From contig OZ024742.1 in assembly GCA_964016885.1 (NCBI GenBank), positions 44,330,001 to 44,394,000 on the forward strand: a stretch of DNA of 64,000 bases. The letters run 5' to 3'. The notes beneath the pieces were generated by a model that worked only from the letters and a program-made list of their open reading frames with translations, was not told where the DNA came from and did no database searches. The DNA is from Eledone cirrhosa (Eukaryota). This document shows, one piece after another, positions 14,461-29,300 of the stretch; the stretch's first letter is position 1, and each line of letters starts with the position of its first letter. Made by a program: the position numbers and the translations under genes.

Positions 14461-14660
14461 TGGTAGAGCGTCAGACACCATGCTTCACGACATAGTTATA
14501 TCCCTTTAAGTTCTGAGTTCAAATCCTGCTGAGGTTAACTTTGCCTTTCAACCTTACAGGGTTGATAAAATAATGTACCAGTAATACACTGGGGTTAATT
14601 TATTCAACTTTCCCTCCCTAAAATTGTTGGCTTTGTGCCTAAAGCAGAAACTATTATTAT
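14461..14660 (+). mobile_element. SINE family 2 (tRNA-like head, GCCTTTCATCC...GATAAAATAAGTACC core, ATT tail)
   Basis: homologous to copies at 58060-58256, 60878-61490 and 62156-62370. Confidence 0.7.
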
Positions 14661-14819
14661 ACAGGTAAAATTCTGTTCTAACGAACACCATTATAACAAA
14701 TTTTTCAGTGTAACATTTTTTCAATCCCCAGCCACAAGTTCGAGGTGTTTCGCTTGATCTCGTTATAAACAATTTATTTTTATACCCCGGGAATTTCGTT
14801 ATAACGGAATTACACTCTA
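14661..14819. mobile_element. Short MITE-like element with imperfect TIRs (Tigger-like)
   Basis: acaggtaaaattctgttctaacgaa versus ttcgttataacggaattacactct, TA-flanked. Confidence 0.45.
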
Positions 14820-14919
14820 CTTACCATTGTCATCATTATTGTCATCACCATCATCGTTGTCCTCATCAGTATTGCTGTCATCATCATCTTCACCACTTGT
14901 CACCACTATTGCTGTCACC

Positions 14920-16630
14920 ACCACCACCGCCATCGTCTTCACCATCATCGTCCTCACCACCACCACTGCCATCGTCCTCACCACCGCCATCGTCCTCACC
15001 ACCGCCATCGTCCTCACCACCGCCACCGTCCTCACCACCGTCGTCCTCACCACCGCCATCGTCCTCACCACCGCCACCGTCCTCACCACCGTCGTCCTCA
15101 CCACCGCCATCGTCCTCACCACCGTCGTCCTCACCACTGCCATCGTCCTCACCACCGCCATCGTCCTCGCCACCGCCACCGTTCTCACCACCGTCGTCCT
15201 TACCACCGCCACCGTCTTCACCACTGCCACCGTCCTCACCACCGCCATCGTCCTCACCACCGTCGTCCTCACCACCGCCACCGTCCTCACCACCGCCATC
15301 GTCCTCGCCATCGTCCTCACCACCGCCACCGTCCTCGCCATCGTCCTCACCACCGCCATCGTCCTCACCACCGCCATCGTCCTCGCCACCGCCACCGTCC
15401 TCACCACCGCCATCGTCCTCACCACCGTCGTCCTCACCACCGCCATCGTCCTCACCACCGTCGTCCTCACCACCGCCATCGCCCTCGCCACCGCCATCGT
15501 CCTCACCACCGTCGTCCTCACCACCGCCACCGTCCTCACCACCGCCACCGTACTCACCACCGCCATCGTCCTCACCACCGTCTTCCTCACCACCGCCACC
15601 GTCCTCACCACCGCCACCGTCCTCACCACCGCCATCGTCCTCACCACCGCCATCGTCCTCACCACCGTCGTCCTCACCACCGCCATCGTCCTCGCCACCG
15701 CCATCGTCCTCACCACCGCCACCGTCTTCACCACCGCCACCGTCCTCACCACCGCCACCGTCCTCACCACCGCTATCGTCCTCACCACCGCCGTCCTCAC
15801 CACCGCCACCGTCCTCACCACCGCCATCGTCCTCACTACCGCCACCGTCCTCACCACCGCCATCGTCCTCACCACCGCCACCGCCATCGTCCTCACCACC
15901 GTCGTCCTCACCACCGCCACCGTCCTCACCACCGCCACCGTCCTCACCACCGCCATCGTCCTCACCACCGCCATCGTCCTCACCACCGTCACCGTCCTCA
16001 CCACCGCCACCGTCCTCACCACCGCCATCGTCCTCACCACCGCCACCGTCCTCGCCATCGTCCTCACCACCGCCATCGTCCTCACCACCGCCATCGTCCT
16101 CGCCACCGCCACCGTCCTCGCCACCGCCACCGTCCTCACCACCGCCATCGTCCTCACCACCGTCGTCCTCACCACCGCCACCGTCCTCACCACCGCCATC
16201 GTCCTCACCACCGTCGTCCTCGCCACCGCCATCGTCCTCGCCATCGCCATCGTCCTCGCCATCGCCATCGTCCTCGCCATCGTCCTCACCACCGCCACCG
16301 TCCTCGCCACCGCCATCGTCCTCGCCACCGCCACCGTCCTCACCACCGCCATCGTCCTCGCCATCGTCCTCACCACCGCCATCGTCCTCGCCATCGTCCT
16401 CACCACCGTCACCGTCCTCACCACCGCCATCGTCCTCGCCACCGCCATCGTCCTCACCACCGTCGTCCTCACCACCGCCACCGTCCTCACCACCGCCACC
16501 GTCCTCGCCACCGCCACCGTCCTCGCCACCGCCATCGTCCTCACCACCGCCACCGTCCTCACCACCGCCACCGTCCTCGCCACCGCCATCGTCCTCGCCA
16601 TCGTCCTCACCACCGTCACCGTCCTCACCC
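14920..16630. repeat. GC-rich minisatellite, unit ~18 bp (GTCCTCACCACCGCCATC) with 12- and 15-bp variants
   Basis: direct reading; produces the low-complexity ORFs in all frames. Confidence 0.9.
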
Positions 16631-16702
16631 ATCATCACATTCATCGTTCTAAGCACCACCATTGTTATCACGTATGTCATCTTCATCATCACCATCGTCA
16701 CC

Positions 16703-16736
<34 letters not shown>

Positions 16737-17212
16737 TCATCACTACCACCATCACCATCATCATCACCGCCACCACCACCACCACCATCATCATCATCAC
16801 TACCACCATCACCATCGTCACCACCACCATCATCATCACTGCCACCACCATCATCATCATCATCACTACCACCATCGCCATAGTCCTCACCACCACCACC
16901 GTCATCATCACCGCCACCACCATCATCATCATCACTACCATCATCACCATCGTCAACACCATCATCTTCATCACCATTGTTGTAAGTACCACCATCGTCA
17001 TCATCACCATCCCTGTTGTCACTACCATTGACATTGTCATCAATATTGTCATAGACATCGTCATTATTATTATTATCATCATCATCATTGCCATCAGCAT
17101 CATCTTCATCATCATTGCTTTCATTACCATTGTTATTACCATCATCATCGTTATAGCCATCATCGTCACCATTGGGATTATTGATATTGTTATCATTGCC
17201 ATCATCATCATT
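16631..17212. repeat. Degenerate (CAT/CAC)n trinucleotide tract
   Basis: direct reading. Confidence 0.9.
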
Positions 17213-17342
17213 GACGAAAGTACAAAGGTGACCCGCCCTCCCAAAAAACAAATACAAAAAAAAACACAAACAAACAAACACAGGTAAACAAATGCCACCA
17301 GCGGCATTAGTGATGTTAGCTATGAAAAGATAAAATTGAATT

Positions 17343-17394
17343 CTTAAAATCAAAACGGCTCAGAATAAACTTAGTACAGATCAATGTTTTAGTA
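17343..17394 (+). mobile_element. Left remnant of the RTE LINE that hosts the 51-bp satellite
   Basis: translates LKSKRLRINLVQINVLV(SR), homologous to LESKGLKINMAKTKVLVCR of the LINE at 7237-11425. Confidence 0.7.
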
Positions 17395-20300
17395 AGTAGA
17401 GGACAAGACTCTGATAGCAGCAGGGATATGGCCATGTTTGATGTAGAAAGAGGACAAGACTCTAATAGCAGCAGGGATATGGCCATGTTTGATGTAGGAA
17501 GAGGACAAGACTCTGATAGCAGCAGGGATATGGCCATGTTTGATGTAGGTAGAGGACAAGACTCTGATAGCAGCAGGGATATGGCCATGTTTGATGTAGA
17601 AAGAGGACAAGACTCTGATAGCAGCAGGGATATGGCCATGTTTGATGTAGAAAGAGGACAAGACTCTGATAGCAGCAGGGATATGGCCATGTTTGATGTA
17701 GAAAGAGGACAAGACTCTAATAGCAGCAGGGACATGGCCATGTTTGATGTAGAAAGAGGACAAGACTCTGATAGCAGCAGGGATATGGCCATGTTTGATG
17801 TAGGAAGAGGACAAGACTCTGATAGCAGCAGGGATATGGCCATGTTTGATGTAGAAAGAGGACAAGACTCTAATAGCAGCAGGGACATGGCCATGTTTGA
17901 TGTAGAAAGAGGACAAGACTCTGATAGCAGCAGGGATATGGCCATGTTTGATGTAGGAAGAGGACAAGACTCTGATAGCAGCAGGGATATGGCCATGTTT
18001 GATGTAGGTAGAGGACAAGACTCTGATAGCAGCAGGGATATGGCCATGTTTGATGTAGAAAGAGGACAAGACTCTGATAGCAGCAGGGATATGGCCATGT
18101 TTGATGTAGAAAGAGGACAAGACTCTGATAGCAGCAGGGATATGGCCATGTTTGATGTAGAAAGAGGACAAGACTCTAATAGCAGCAGGGACATGGCCAT
18201 GTTTGATGTAGAAAGAGGACAAGACTCTGATAGCAGCAGGGATATGGCCATGTTTGATGTAGGAAGAGGACAAGACTCTGATAGCAGCAGGGATATGGCC
18301 ATGTTTGATGTAGAAAGAGGACAAGACTCTAATAGCAGCAGGGACATGGCCATGTTTGATGTAGAAAGAGGACAAGACTCTGATAGCAGCAGGGATATGG
18401 CCATGTTTGATGTAGGAAGAGGACAAGACTCTGATAGCAGCAGGGATATGGCCATATTTGATGTAGAAAGAGGACAAGACTCTGATAGCAGCAGGGACAT
18501 GGCCATGTTTGATGTAGAAAGAGGACAAGACTCTGATAGCAGCAGGGATATGGCCATGTTTGATGTAGAAAGAGGACAAGACTCTGATAGCAGCAGGGAC
18601 ATGGCCATGTTTGATGTAGAAAGAGGACAAGACTCTGATAGTAGCAGGGATATGGCCATGTTTGATGTAGAAAGAGGACAAGACTCTGATACCAGCAGGG
18701 ATATGGCCATGTTTGATGTAGAAAGAGGACAAGACTCTAATAGCAGCAGGGATATGGCCATGTTTGATGTAGGAAGAGGACAAGACTCTGATAGTAGCAG
18801 GGATATGGCCATGTTTGATGTAGAAAGAGGACAAGACACTGATAGCAGCAGGGATATGGCCATGTTTGATGTAGAAAGAGGACAAGACACTGATAGCAGC
18901 AGGGACATGGCCATGTTTGATGTAGAAAGAGGACAAGACTCTGATAGTAGCAGGGATATGGCCATGTTTGATGTAGAAAGAGGACAAGACTCTAATAGCA
19001 GCAGGGACATGGCCATGTTTGATGTAGAAAGAGGACAAGACTCTGATAGCAGCAGGGACATGGCCATGTTTGATGTAGAAAGAGGACAAGACTCTGATAG
19101 TAGCAGGGATATGGCCATGTTTGATGTAGAAAGAGGACAAGACTCTAATAGCAGCAGGGACATGGCCATGTTTGATGTAGAAAGAGGACAAGACTCTGAT
19201 AGCAGCAGGGACATGGCCATGTTTGATGTAGAAAGAGGACAAGACTCTGATAGTAGCAGGGATATGGCCATGTTTGATGTAGAAAGAGGACAAGACTCTG
19301 ATACCAGCAGGGACATGGCCATGTTTGATGTAGAAAGAGGACAAGACTCTGATAGCAGCAGGGACATGGCCATGTTTGATGTAGAAAGAGGACAAGACTC
19401 TGATAGCAGCAGGGACATGGCCATGTTTGATGTAGAAAGAGGACAAGACTCTGATAGCAGCAGGGATATGGCCATGTTTGATGTAGAAAGAGGACAAGAC
19501 TCTAATAGCAGCAGGGACATGGCCATGTTTGATGTAGGTAGAGGACAAGACTCTGATAGCAGCAGGGATATGGCCATGTTTGATGTAGAAAGAGGACAAG
19601 ACTCTGATACCAGCAGGGACATGGCCATGTTTGATGTAGAAAGAGGACAAGACTCTGATAGCAGCAGGGATATGGCCATGTTTGATGTAGAAAGAGGACA
19701 AGACTCTGATAGCAGCAGGGATATGGCCATGTTTGATGTAGAAAGAGGACAAGACTCTGATAGCAGCAGGGATATGGCCATGTTTGATGTAGAAAGAGGA
19801 CAAGACTCTGATACCAGCAGGGATATGGCCATGTTTGATGTAGGTAGAGGACAAGACTCTGATAGCAGCAGGGATATGGCCATGTTTGATGTAGGTAGAG
19901 GACAAGACTCTGATAGCAGCAGGGATATGGCCATGTTTGATGTAGAAAGAGGACAAGACTCTGATAGCAGCAGGGATATGGCCATGTTTGATGTAGAAAG
20001 AGGACAAGACTCTGATACCAGCAGGGATATGGCCATGTTTGATGTAGGTAGAGGACAAGACTCTGATAGCAGCAGGGATATGGCCATGTTTGATGTAGGT
20101 AGAGGACAAGACTCTGATAGCAGCAGGGATATGGCCATGTTTGATGTAGGTAGAGGACAAGACTCTGATACCAGCAGGGATATGGCCATGTTTGATGTAG
20201 AAAGAGGACAAGACTCTGATACCAGCAGGGATATGGCCATGTTTGATGTAGAAAGAGGACAAGACTCTGATAGCAGCAGGGATATGGCCATGTTTGATGT

Positions 20301-23300
20301 AGAAAGAGGACAAGACTCTGATACCAGCAGGGATATGGCCATGTTTGATGTAGAAAGAGGACAAGACTCTGATACCAGCAGGGATATGGCCATGTTTGAT
20401 GTAGGTAGAGGACAAGACTCTGATAGCAGCAGGGATATGGCCATGTTTGATGTAGGTAGAGGACAAGACTCTGATAGCAGCAGGGATATGGCCATGTTTG
20501 ATGTAGGTAGAGGACAAGACTCTGATACCAGCAGGGATATGGCCATGTTTGATGTAGAAAGAGGACAAGACTCTGATACCAGCAGGGATATGGCCATGTT
20601 TGATGTAGAAAGAGGACAAGACTCTGATAGCAGCAGGGATATGGCCATGTTTGATGTAGAAAGAGGACAAGACTCTGATAGCAGCAGGGATATGGCCATG
20701 TTTGATGTAGAAAGAGGACAAGACTCTGATAGTAGCAGGGATATGGCCATGTTTGATGTAGAAAGAGGACAAGACTCTGATACCAGCAGGGATATGGCCA
20801 TGTTTGATGTAGAAAGAGGACAAGACTCTGATACCAGCAGGGATATGGCCATGTTTGATGTAGGTAGAGGACAAGACTCTGATAGCAGCAGGGATATGGC
20901 CATGTTTGATGTAGGTAGAGGACAAGACTCTGATAGCAGCAGGGATATGGCCATGTTTGATGTAGGTAGAGGACAAGACTCTGATACCAGCAGGGATATG
21001 GCCATGTTTGATGTAGGTAGAGGACAAGACTCTGATACCAGCAGGGATATGGCCATGTTTGATGTAGAAAGAGGAGAAGACTCTAATAGCAGCAGGGATA
21101 TGGCCATGTTTGATGTAGAAAGAGGACAAGACTCTGATACCAGCAGGGATATGGCCATGTTTGATGTAGAAAGAGGACAAGACTCTGATAGCAGCAGGGA
21201 TATGGCCATGTTTGATGTAGGTAGAGGACAAGACTCTGATAGCAGCAGGGATATGGCCATGTTTGATGTAGGTAGAGGACAAGACTCTGATACCAGCAGG
21301 GATATGGCCATGTTTGATGTAGAAAGAGGAGAAGACTCTAATAGCAGCAGGGATATGGCCATGTTTGATGTAGAAAGAGGACAAGACTCTGATACCAGCA
21401 GGGATATGGCCATGTTTGATGTAGAAAGAGGACAAGACTCTGATAGCAGCAGGGATATGGCCATGTTTGATGTAGGTAGAGGACAAGACTCTGATACCAG
21501 CAGGGATATGGCCATGTTTGATGTAGAAAGAGGACAAGACTCTGATAGCAGCAGGGATATGGCCATGTTTGATGTAGAAAGAGGACAAGACTCTGATACC
21601 AGCAGGGATATGGCCATGTTTGATGTAGAAAGAGGACAAGACTCTGATACCAGCAGGGATATGGCCATGTTTGATGTAGAAAGAGGACAAGACTCTGATA
21701 GCAGCAGGGATATGGCCATGTTTGATGTAGAAAGAGGACAAGACTCTGATACCAGCAGGGACATGGCCATGTTTGATGTAGAAAGAGGACAAGACTCTGA
21801 TAGCAGCAGGGATATGGCCATGTTTGATGTAGGTAGAGGACAAGACTCTGATAGCAGCAGGGATATGGCCATGTTTGATGTAGGAAGAGGACAAGACTCT
21901 GATACCAGCAGGGATATGGCCATGTTTGATGTAGAAAGAGGACAAGACTCTGATACCAGCAGGGATATGGCCATGTTTGATGTAGAAAGAGGAGAAGACT
22001 CTAATAGCAGCAGGGATATGGCCATGTTTGATGTAGAAAAGAACAAGACTCTGATACCAGCAGGGATATGGCCATGTTTGATGTAGAAAGAGGACAAGAC
22101 TCTGATAGCAGCAGGGATATGGCCATGTTTGATGTAGAAAGAGGACAAGACTCTGATAGTAGCAGGGATATGGCCATGTTTGATGTAGGAAGAGGACAAG
22201 ACTCTGATAGTAGCAGGGATATGGCCATGTTTGATGTAGAAAGAGGACAAGACTCTGATAGTAGCAGGGATATGGCCATGTTTGATGTAGAAAGAGGACA
22301 AGACTCTGATAGCAGCAGGGATATGGCCATGTTTGATGTAGGAAGAGGACAAGACTCTGATAGTAGCAGGGATATGGCCATGTTTGATGTAGGAAGAGGA
22401 CAAGACTCTGATAGTAGCAGGGATATGGCCATGTTTGATGTAGAAAGAGGACAAGACTCTGATAGCTGCAGGGATATGGCCATGTTTGATGTAGGAAGAG
22501 GACAAGACTCTGATAGCTGCAGGGATATGGCCATGTTTGATGTAGGAAGAGGACAAGACTCTGATACCAGCAGGGATATGGCCATGTTTGATGTAGGAAG
22601 AGGACAAGACTCTGATAGCAGCAGGGATATGGCCATGTTTGATGTAGAAAGAGGACAAGACTCTGATACCAGCAGGGATATGGCCATGTTTGATGTAGAA
22701 AGAGGACAAGACTCTGATACCAGCAGGGATATGGCCATGTTTGATGTAGAAAGAGGACAAGACTCTGATACCAGCAGGGATATGGCCATGTTTGATGTAG
22801 GAAGAGGACAAGACTCTGATACCAGCAGGGATATGGCCATGTTTGATGTAGAAAGAGGACAAGACTCTGATACCAGCAGGGATATGGCCATGTTTGATGT
22901 AGGAAGAGGACAAGACTCTGATACCAGCAGGGATATGGCCATGTTTGATGTAGAAAGAGGACAAGACTCTGATACCAGCAGGGATATGGCCATGTTTGAT
23001 GTAGAAAGAGGACAAGACTCTAATTGCAGCAGGGATATGGCCATGTTTGATGTAGAAAGAGGACAAGACTCTGATACCAGCAGGGATATGGCCATGTTTG
23101 ATGTAGAAAGAGGACAAGACTCTAATTGCAGCAGGGATATGGCCATGTTTGATGTAGAAAAGGACAAGACTCTGATACCAGCAGGGATATGGCCATGTTT
23201 GATGTAGAAAGAGGACAAGACTCTGATAGCAGCAGGGATATGGCCATGTTTGATGTAGAAAGAGGACAAGACTCTGATACCAGCAGGGACATGGCCATGT

Positions 23301-26300
23301 TTGATGTAGAAAGAGGACAAGACTCTGATAGTAGCAGGGATATGGCCATGTTTGACGTAGAAAGAGGACAAGACTCTCATAGCAGCAGGGATATGGCCAT
23401 GTTTGATGTAGAAAGAGGACAAGACTCTGATAGTAGCAGGGATATGGCCATGTTTGATATGTAGAAAGAGGACAAGACTCTGATAGTAGCAGGGATATGG
23501 CCATGTTTGATATGTAGAAAGAGGACAAGACTCTGATAGTAGCAGGGATATGGCCATGTTTGATGTAGAAAGAGGACAAGACTCTGATAGCAGCAGGGAT
23601 ATGGCCATGTTTGATGTAGAAAGAGGACAAGACTATGATAGTAGCAGGGATATGGCCATGTTTGATGTAGAAAGAGGACAAGACTCTGATAGTAGCAGGG
23701 ATATGGCCATGTTTGATATGTAGAAAGAGGACAAGACTCTGATAGTAGCAGGGATATGGCCATGTTTGATATGTAGAAAGAGGACAAGACTCTGATAGTA
23801 GCAGGGATATGGCCATGTTTGATGTAGAAAGAGGACAAGACTCTGATAGCAGCAGGGATATGGCCATGTTTGATGTAGAAAGAGGACAAGACTCTAATAG
23901 CAGCAGGGATATGGCCATGTTTGATGTAGAAAGAGGACAAGACTCTAATAGCAGCAGGGATATGGCCATGTTTGATGTAGAAAGAGGACAAGACTCTGAT
24001 ACCAGCAGGGATATGGCCATGTTTGATGTAGAAAGAGGACAAGACTCTGATAGCAGCAGGGATATGGCCATGTTTGATGTAGTAAGAGTACAAGACTCTG
24101 ATACCAGCAGGGATATGGCCATGTTTGATGTAGAAAGAGGACAAGACTCTGATAGTAGCAGGGATATGGCCATGTTTGATGTAGAAAGAGGACAAGACTC
24201 TGATAGTAGCAGGGATATGGCCATGTTTGATGTAGGAAGAGGACAAGACTCTGATACCAGCAGGGATATGGCCATGTTTGATGTAGAAAGAGGACAAGAC
24301 TCTGATAGTAGCAGGGATATGGCCATGTTTGATGTAGAAAGAGGACAAGACTCTGATACCAGCAGGGATATGGCCATGTTTGATGTAGAAAGAGGACAAG
24401 ACTCTGATAGTAGCAGGGTTATGGCCATGTTTGATGTAGAAAGAGGACAAGACTCTGATACCAGCAGGGATATGGCCATGTTTGATGTAGAAAGAGGACA
24501 AGACTCTGATACCAGCAGGGATATGGCCATGTTTGATGTAGAAAGAGGACAAGACACTGATAGCAGCAGGGATATGGCCATGTTTGATGTAGAAAGAGGA
24601 CAAGACTCTGATAGCAGCAGGGATATGGCCATGTTTGATGTAGGAAGAGGACAAGACTCTGATAGTAGCAGGGATATGGCCATGTTTGATGTAGAAAGAG
24701 GACAAGACTCTAATAGCAGCAGGGATATGGCCATGTTTGATGTAGAAAGAGGACAAGACACTGATAGCAGCAGGGATATGGCCATGTTTGATGTAGAAAG
24801 AGGAGAAGACTCTAATAGCAGCAGGGATATGGCCATGTTTGATGTAGAAAAGAACAAGACTCTGATAGCAGCAGGGACATGGCCATGTTTGATGTAGAAA
24901 GAGGACAAGACTCTGATAGCAGCAGGGATATGGCCATGTTTGATGTAGAAAGAGGACAAGACTCTGATAGCAGCAGGGATATGGCCATGTTTGATGTAGA
25001 AAGAGGACAAGACTCTGATAGCAGCAGGGATATGGCCATGTTTGATGTAGAAAGAGGACAAGACTCTAATAGCAGCAGGGATATGGCCATGTTTGATGTA
25101 GAAAGAGGACAAGACTCTAATAGCAGCAGGGATATGGCCATGTTTGATGTAGAAAGAGGACAAGACTCTGATAGCAGCAGGGATATGGCCATGTTTGATG
25201 TAGAAAGAGGACAAGACTCTGATAGCAGCAGGGATATGGCCATGTTTGATGTAGAAAGAGGACAAGACTCTGATAGCAGCAGGGATATGGCCATGTTTGA
25301 TGTAGAAAGAGGACAAGACTCTGATAGCAGCAGGGATATGGCCATGTTTGATGTAGAAAGAGGACAAGACTCTGATAGCAGCAGGGATATGGCCATGTTT
25401 GATGTAGAAAGAGGACAAGACTCTGATAGCAGCAGGGATATGGCCATGTTTGATGTAGAAAGAGGACAAGACTCTGATAGTAGCAGGGATATGGCCATGT
25501 TTGATGTAGAAAGAGGACAAGACTCTGATAGCAGCAGGGATATGGCCATGTTTGATGTAAAAAGAGGACAAGACTCTGATAGCAGCAGGGATATGGCCAT
25601 GTTTGATGTAGAAAGAGGACAAGACTCTGATACCAGCAGGGATATGGCCATGTTTGATGTAGAAAGAGGACAAGACTCTGATAGCAGCAGGGATATGGCC
25701 ATGTTTGATGTAGAAAGAGGACAAGACTCTAATAGCAGCAGGGATATGGCCATGTTTGATGTAGAAAGAGGACAAGACTCTGATAGCAGCAGGGATATGG
25801 CCATGTTTGATGTAGAAAGAGGACAAGACTCTGATACCAGCAGGGACATGGCCATGTTTGATGTAGAAAGAGGACAAGACTCTAATAGCAGCAGGGATAT
25901 GGCCATGTTTGATGTAGAAAGAGGACAAGACTCTGATAGTAGCAGGGATATGGCCGTGTTTGATGTAGAAAGAGGACAAGACTCTGATAGCAGCAGGGAT
26001 ATGGCCATGTTTGATATGTAGAAAGAGGACAAGACTCTGATACCAGCAGGGATATGGCCATGTTTGATGTAGAAAGAGGACAAGACTCTGATACCAGCAG
26101 GGATATGGCCATGTTTGATGTAGAAAGAGGAGAAGACTCTGATACCAGCAGGGATATGGCCATGTTTGATGTAGAAAGAGGAGAAGACTCTAATAGCAGC
26201 AGGGATATGGCCATGTTTGATGTAGAAAGAGGACAAGACTCTGATAGCAGCAGGGATATGGCCATGTTTGATGTAGAAAGAGGACAAGACTCTGATATCA

Positions 26301-29300
26301 GCAGGGATATGGCCATGTTTGATGTAGAAAGAGGACAAGACTCTGATAGTAGCAGGGATATGGCCATGTTTGATGTAGAAAGAGGACAAGACTCTGATAG
26401 TAGCAGGGATATGGCCATGTTTGATGTAGAAAGAGGACAAGACTCTGATATCAGCAGGGATATGGCCATGTTTGATGTAGAAAGAGGACAAGACTCTGAT
26501 ATCAGCAGGGATATGGCCATGTTTGATGTAGAAAGAGGACAAGACTCTGATAGTAGCAGGGATATGGCCATGTTTGATGTAGAAAGAGGACAAGACTCTG
26601 ATATCAGCAGGGATATGGCCATGTTTGATGTAGAAAGAGGACAAGACTCTGATAGCAGCAGGGATATGGCCATGTTTGATGTAGAAAGAGGACAAGACTC
26701 TGATAGTAGCAGGGATATGGCCACGTTTGATGTAGAAAGAGGACAAGACTCTAATAGTAGCAGGAATATGGCCATGTTTGATATGTAGAAAGAGGACAAG
26801 ACTCTGATAGCAGCAGGGATATGGCCATGTTTGATGTAGAAAAGAACAAGACTCTGATACCAGCAGGGATATGGCCATGTTTGATGTAGGAAGAGGACAA
26901 GACTCTGATACCAGCAGGGATATGGCCATGTTTGATGTAGAAAGAAGACAAGACTCTGATAGCAGCAGGGATATGGCCATGTTTGATATCTAGAAAGAGG
27001 ACAAGACTCTGATAGCAGCAGGGATATGGCCATGTTTGATGTAGAAAGAGGACAAGACTCTGATAGTAGCAGGAATATGGCCATGTTTGATATGTAGAAA
27101 GAGGACAAGACTCTGATAGCAGCAGGGATATGGCCATGTTTGATGTAGAAAAGAACAAGACTCTGATACCAGCAGGGATATGGCCATGTTTGATGTAGGA
27201 AGAGGACAAGACTCTGATACCAGCAGGGATATGGCCATGTTTGATGTAGAAAGAAGACAAGACTCTGATAGCAGCAGGGATATGGCCATGTTTGATATCT
27301 AGAAAGAGGACAAGACTCTGATAGCAGCAGGGATATGGCCATGTTTGATGTAGAAAGAGGACAAGACTCTGATAGTAGCAGGGATATGGCCATGTTTGAT
27401 GTAGAAAGAAGACAAGACTCTGATAGCAGCAGGGATATGGCCATGTTTGATATCTAGAAAGAGGACAAGACTCTGATAGCAGCAGGGATATGGCCATGTT
27501 TGATGTAGAAAGAAGACAAGACTCTGATAGCAGCAGGGATATGGCCATGTTTGATGTAGAAAGAGGACAAGACTCTGATAGTAGCAGGGATATGGCCATG
27601 TTTGATGTAGAAAGAGGACAAGACTCTGATAGTAGCAGGGATATGGCCATGTTTGATGTAGGAAGAGGACAAGACTCTGATACCAGCAGGGATATGGCCA
27701 TGTTTGATGTAGAAAGAGGACAAGACTCTGATAGTAGCAGGGATATGGCCATGTTTGATGTAGAAAGAGGACAAGACTCTGATACCAGCAGGGATATGGC
27801 CATGTTTGATGTAGAAAGAGGACAAGACTCTGATAGTAGCAGGGTTATGGCCATGTTTGATGTAGAAAGAGGACAAGACTCTGATACCAGCAGGGATATG
27901 GCCATGTTTGATGTAGAAAGAGGACAAGACTCTGATACCAGCAGGGATATGGCCATGTTTGATGTAGAAAGAGGACAAGACACTGATAGCAGCAGGGATA
28001 TGGCCATGTTTGATGTAGAAAGAGGACAAGACTCTGATAGCAGCAGGGATATGGCCATGTTTGATGTAGGAAGAGGACAAGACTCTGATAGTAGCAGGGA
28101 TATGGCCATGTTTGATGTAGAAAGAGGACAAGACTCTAATAGCAGCAGGGATATGGCCATGTTTGATGTAGAAAGAGGACAAGACACTGATAGCAGCAGG
28201 GATATGGCCATGTTTGATGTAGAAAGAGGAGAAGACTCTAATAGCAGCAGGGATATGGCCATGTTTGATGTAGAAAAGAACAAGACTCTGATAGCAGCAG
28301 GGACATGGCCATGTTTGATGTAGAAAGAGGACAAGACTCTGATAGCAGCAGGGATATGGCCATGTTTGATGTAGAAAGAGGACAAGACTCTGATAGCAGC
28401 AGGGATATGGCCATGTTTGATGTAGAAAGAGGACAAGACTCTGATAGCAGCAGGGATATGGCCATGTTTGATGTAGAAAGAGGACAAGACTCTAATAGCA
28501 GCAGGGATATGGCCATGTTTGATGTAGAAAGAGGACAAGACTCTAATAGCAGCAGGGATATGGCCATGTTTGATGTAGAAAGAGGACAAGACTCTGATAG
28601 CAGCAGGGATATGGCCATGTTTGATGTAGAAAGAGGACAAGACTCTGATAGCAGCAGGGATATGGCCATGTTTGATGTAGAAAGAGGACAAGACTCTGAT
28701 AGCAGCAGGGATATGGCCATGTTTGATGTAGAAAGAGGACAAGACTCTGATAGCAGCAGGGATATGGCCATGTTTGATGTAGAAAGAGGACAAGACTCTG
28801 ATAGCAGCAGGGATATGGCCATGTTTGATGTAGAAAGAGGACAAGACTCTGATAGCAGCAGGGATATGGCCATGTTTGATGTAGAAAGAGGACAAGACTC
28901 TGATAGTAGCAGGGATATGGCCATGTTTGATGTAGAAAGAGGACAAGACTCTGATAGCAGCAGGGATATGGCCATGTTTGATGTAAAAAGAGGACAAGAC
29001 TCTGATAGCAGCAGGGATATGGCCATGTTTGATGTAGAAAGAGGACAAGACTCTGATACCAGCAGGGATATGGCCATGTTTGATGTAGAAAGAGGACAAG
29101 ACTCTGATAGCAGCAGGGATATGGCCATGTTTGATGTAGAAAGAGGACAAGACTCTAATAGCAGCAGGGATATGGCCATGTTTGATGTAGAAAGAGGACA
29201 AGACTCTGATAGCAGCAGGGATATGGCCATGTTTGATGTAGAAAGAGGACAAGACTCTGATACCAGCAGGGACATGGCCATGTTTGATGTAGAAAGAGGA

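Noticed and set aside
14817-17353. Extensin-like (SPPP), Gly/Asp-rich or His-rich proteins
   Set aside because: Triplet-based repeat open in nearly all frames; no non-repetitive coding context; lies within an intron
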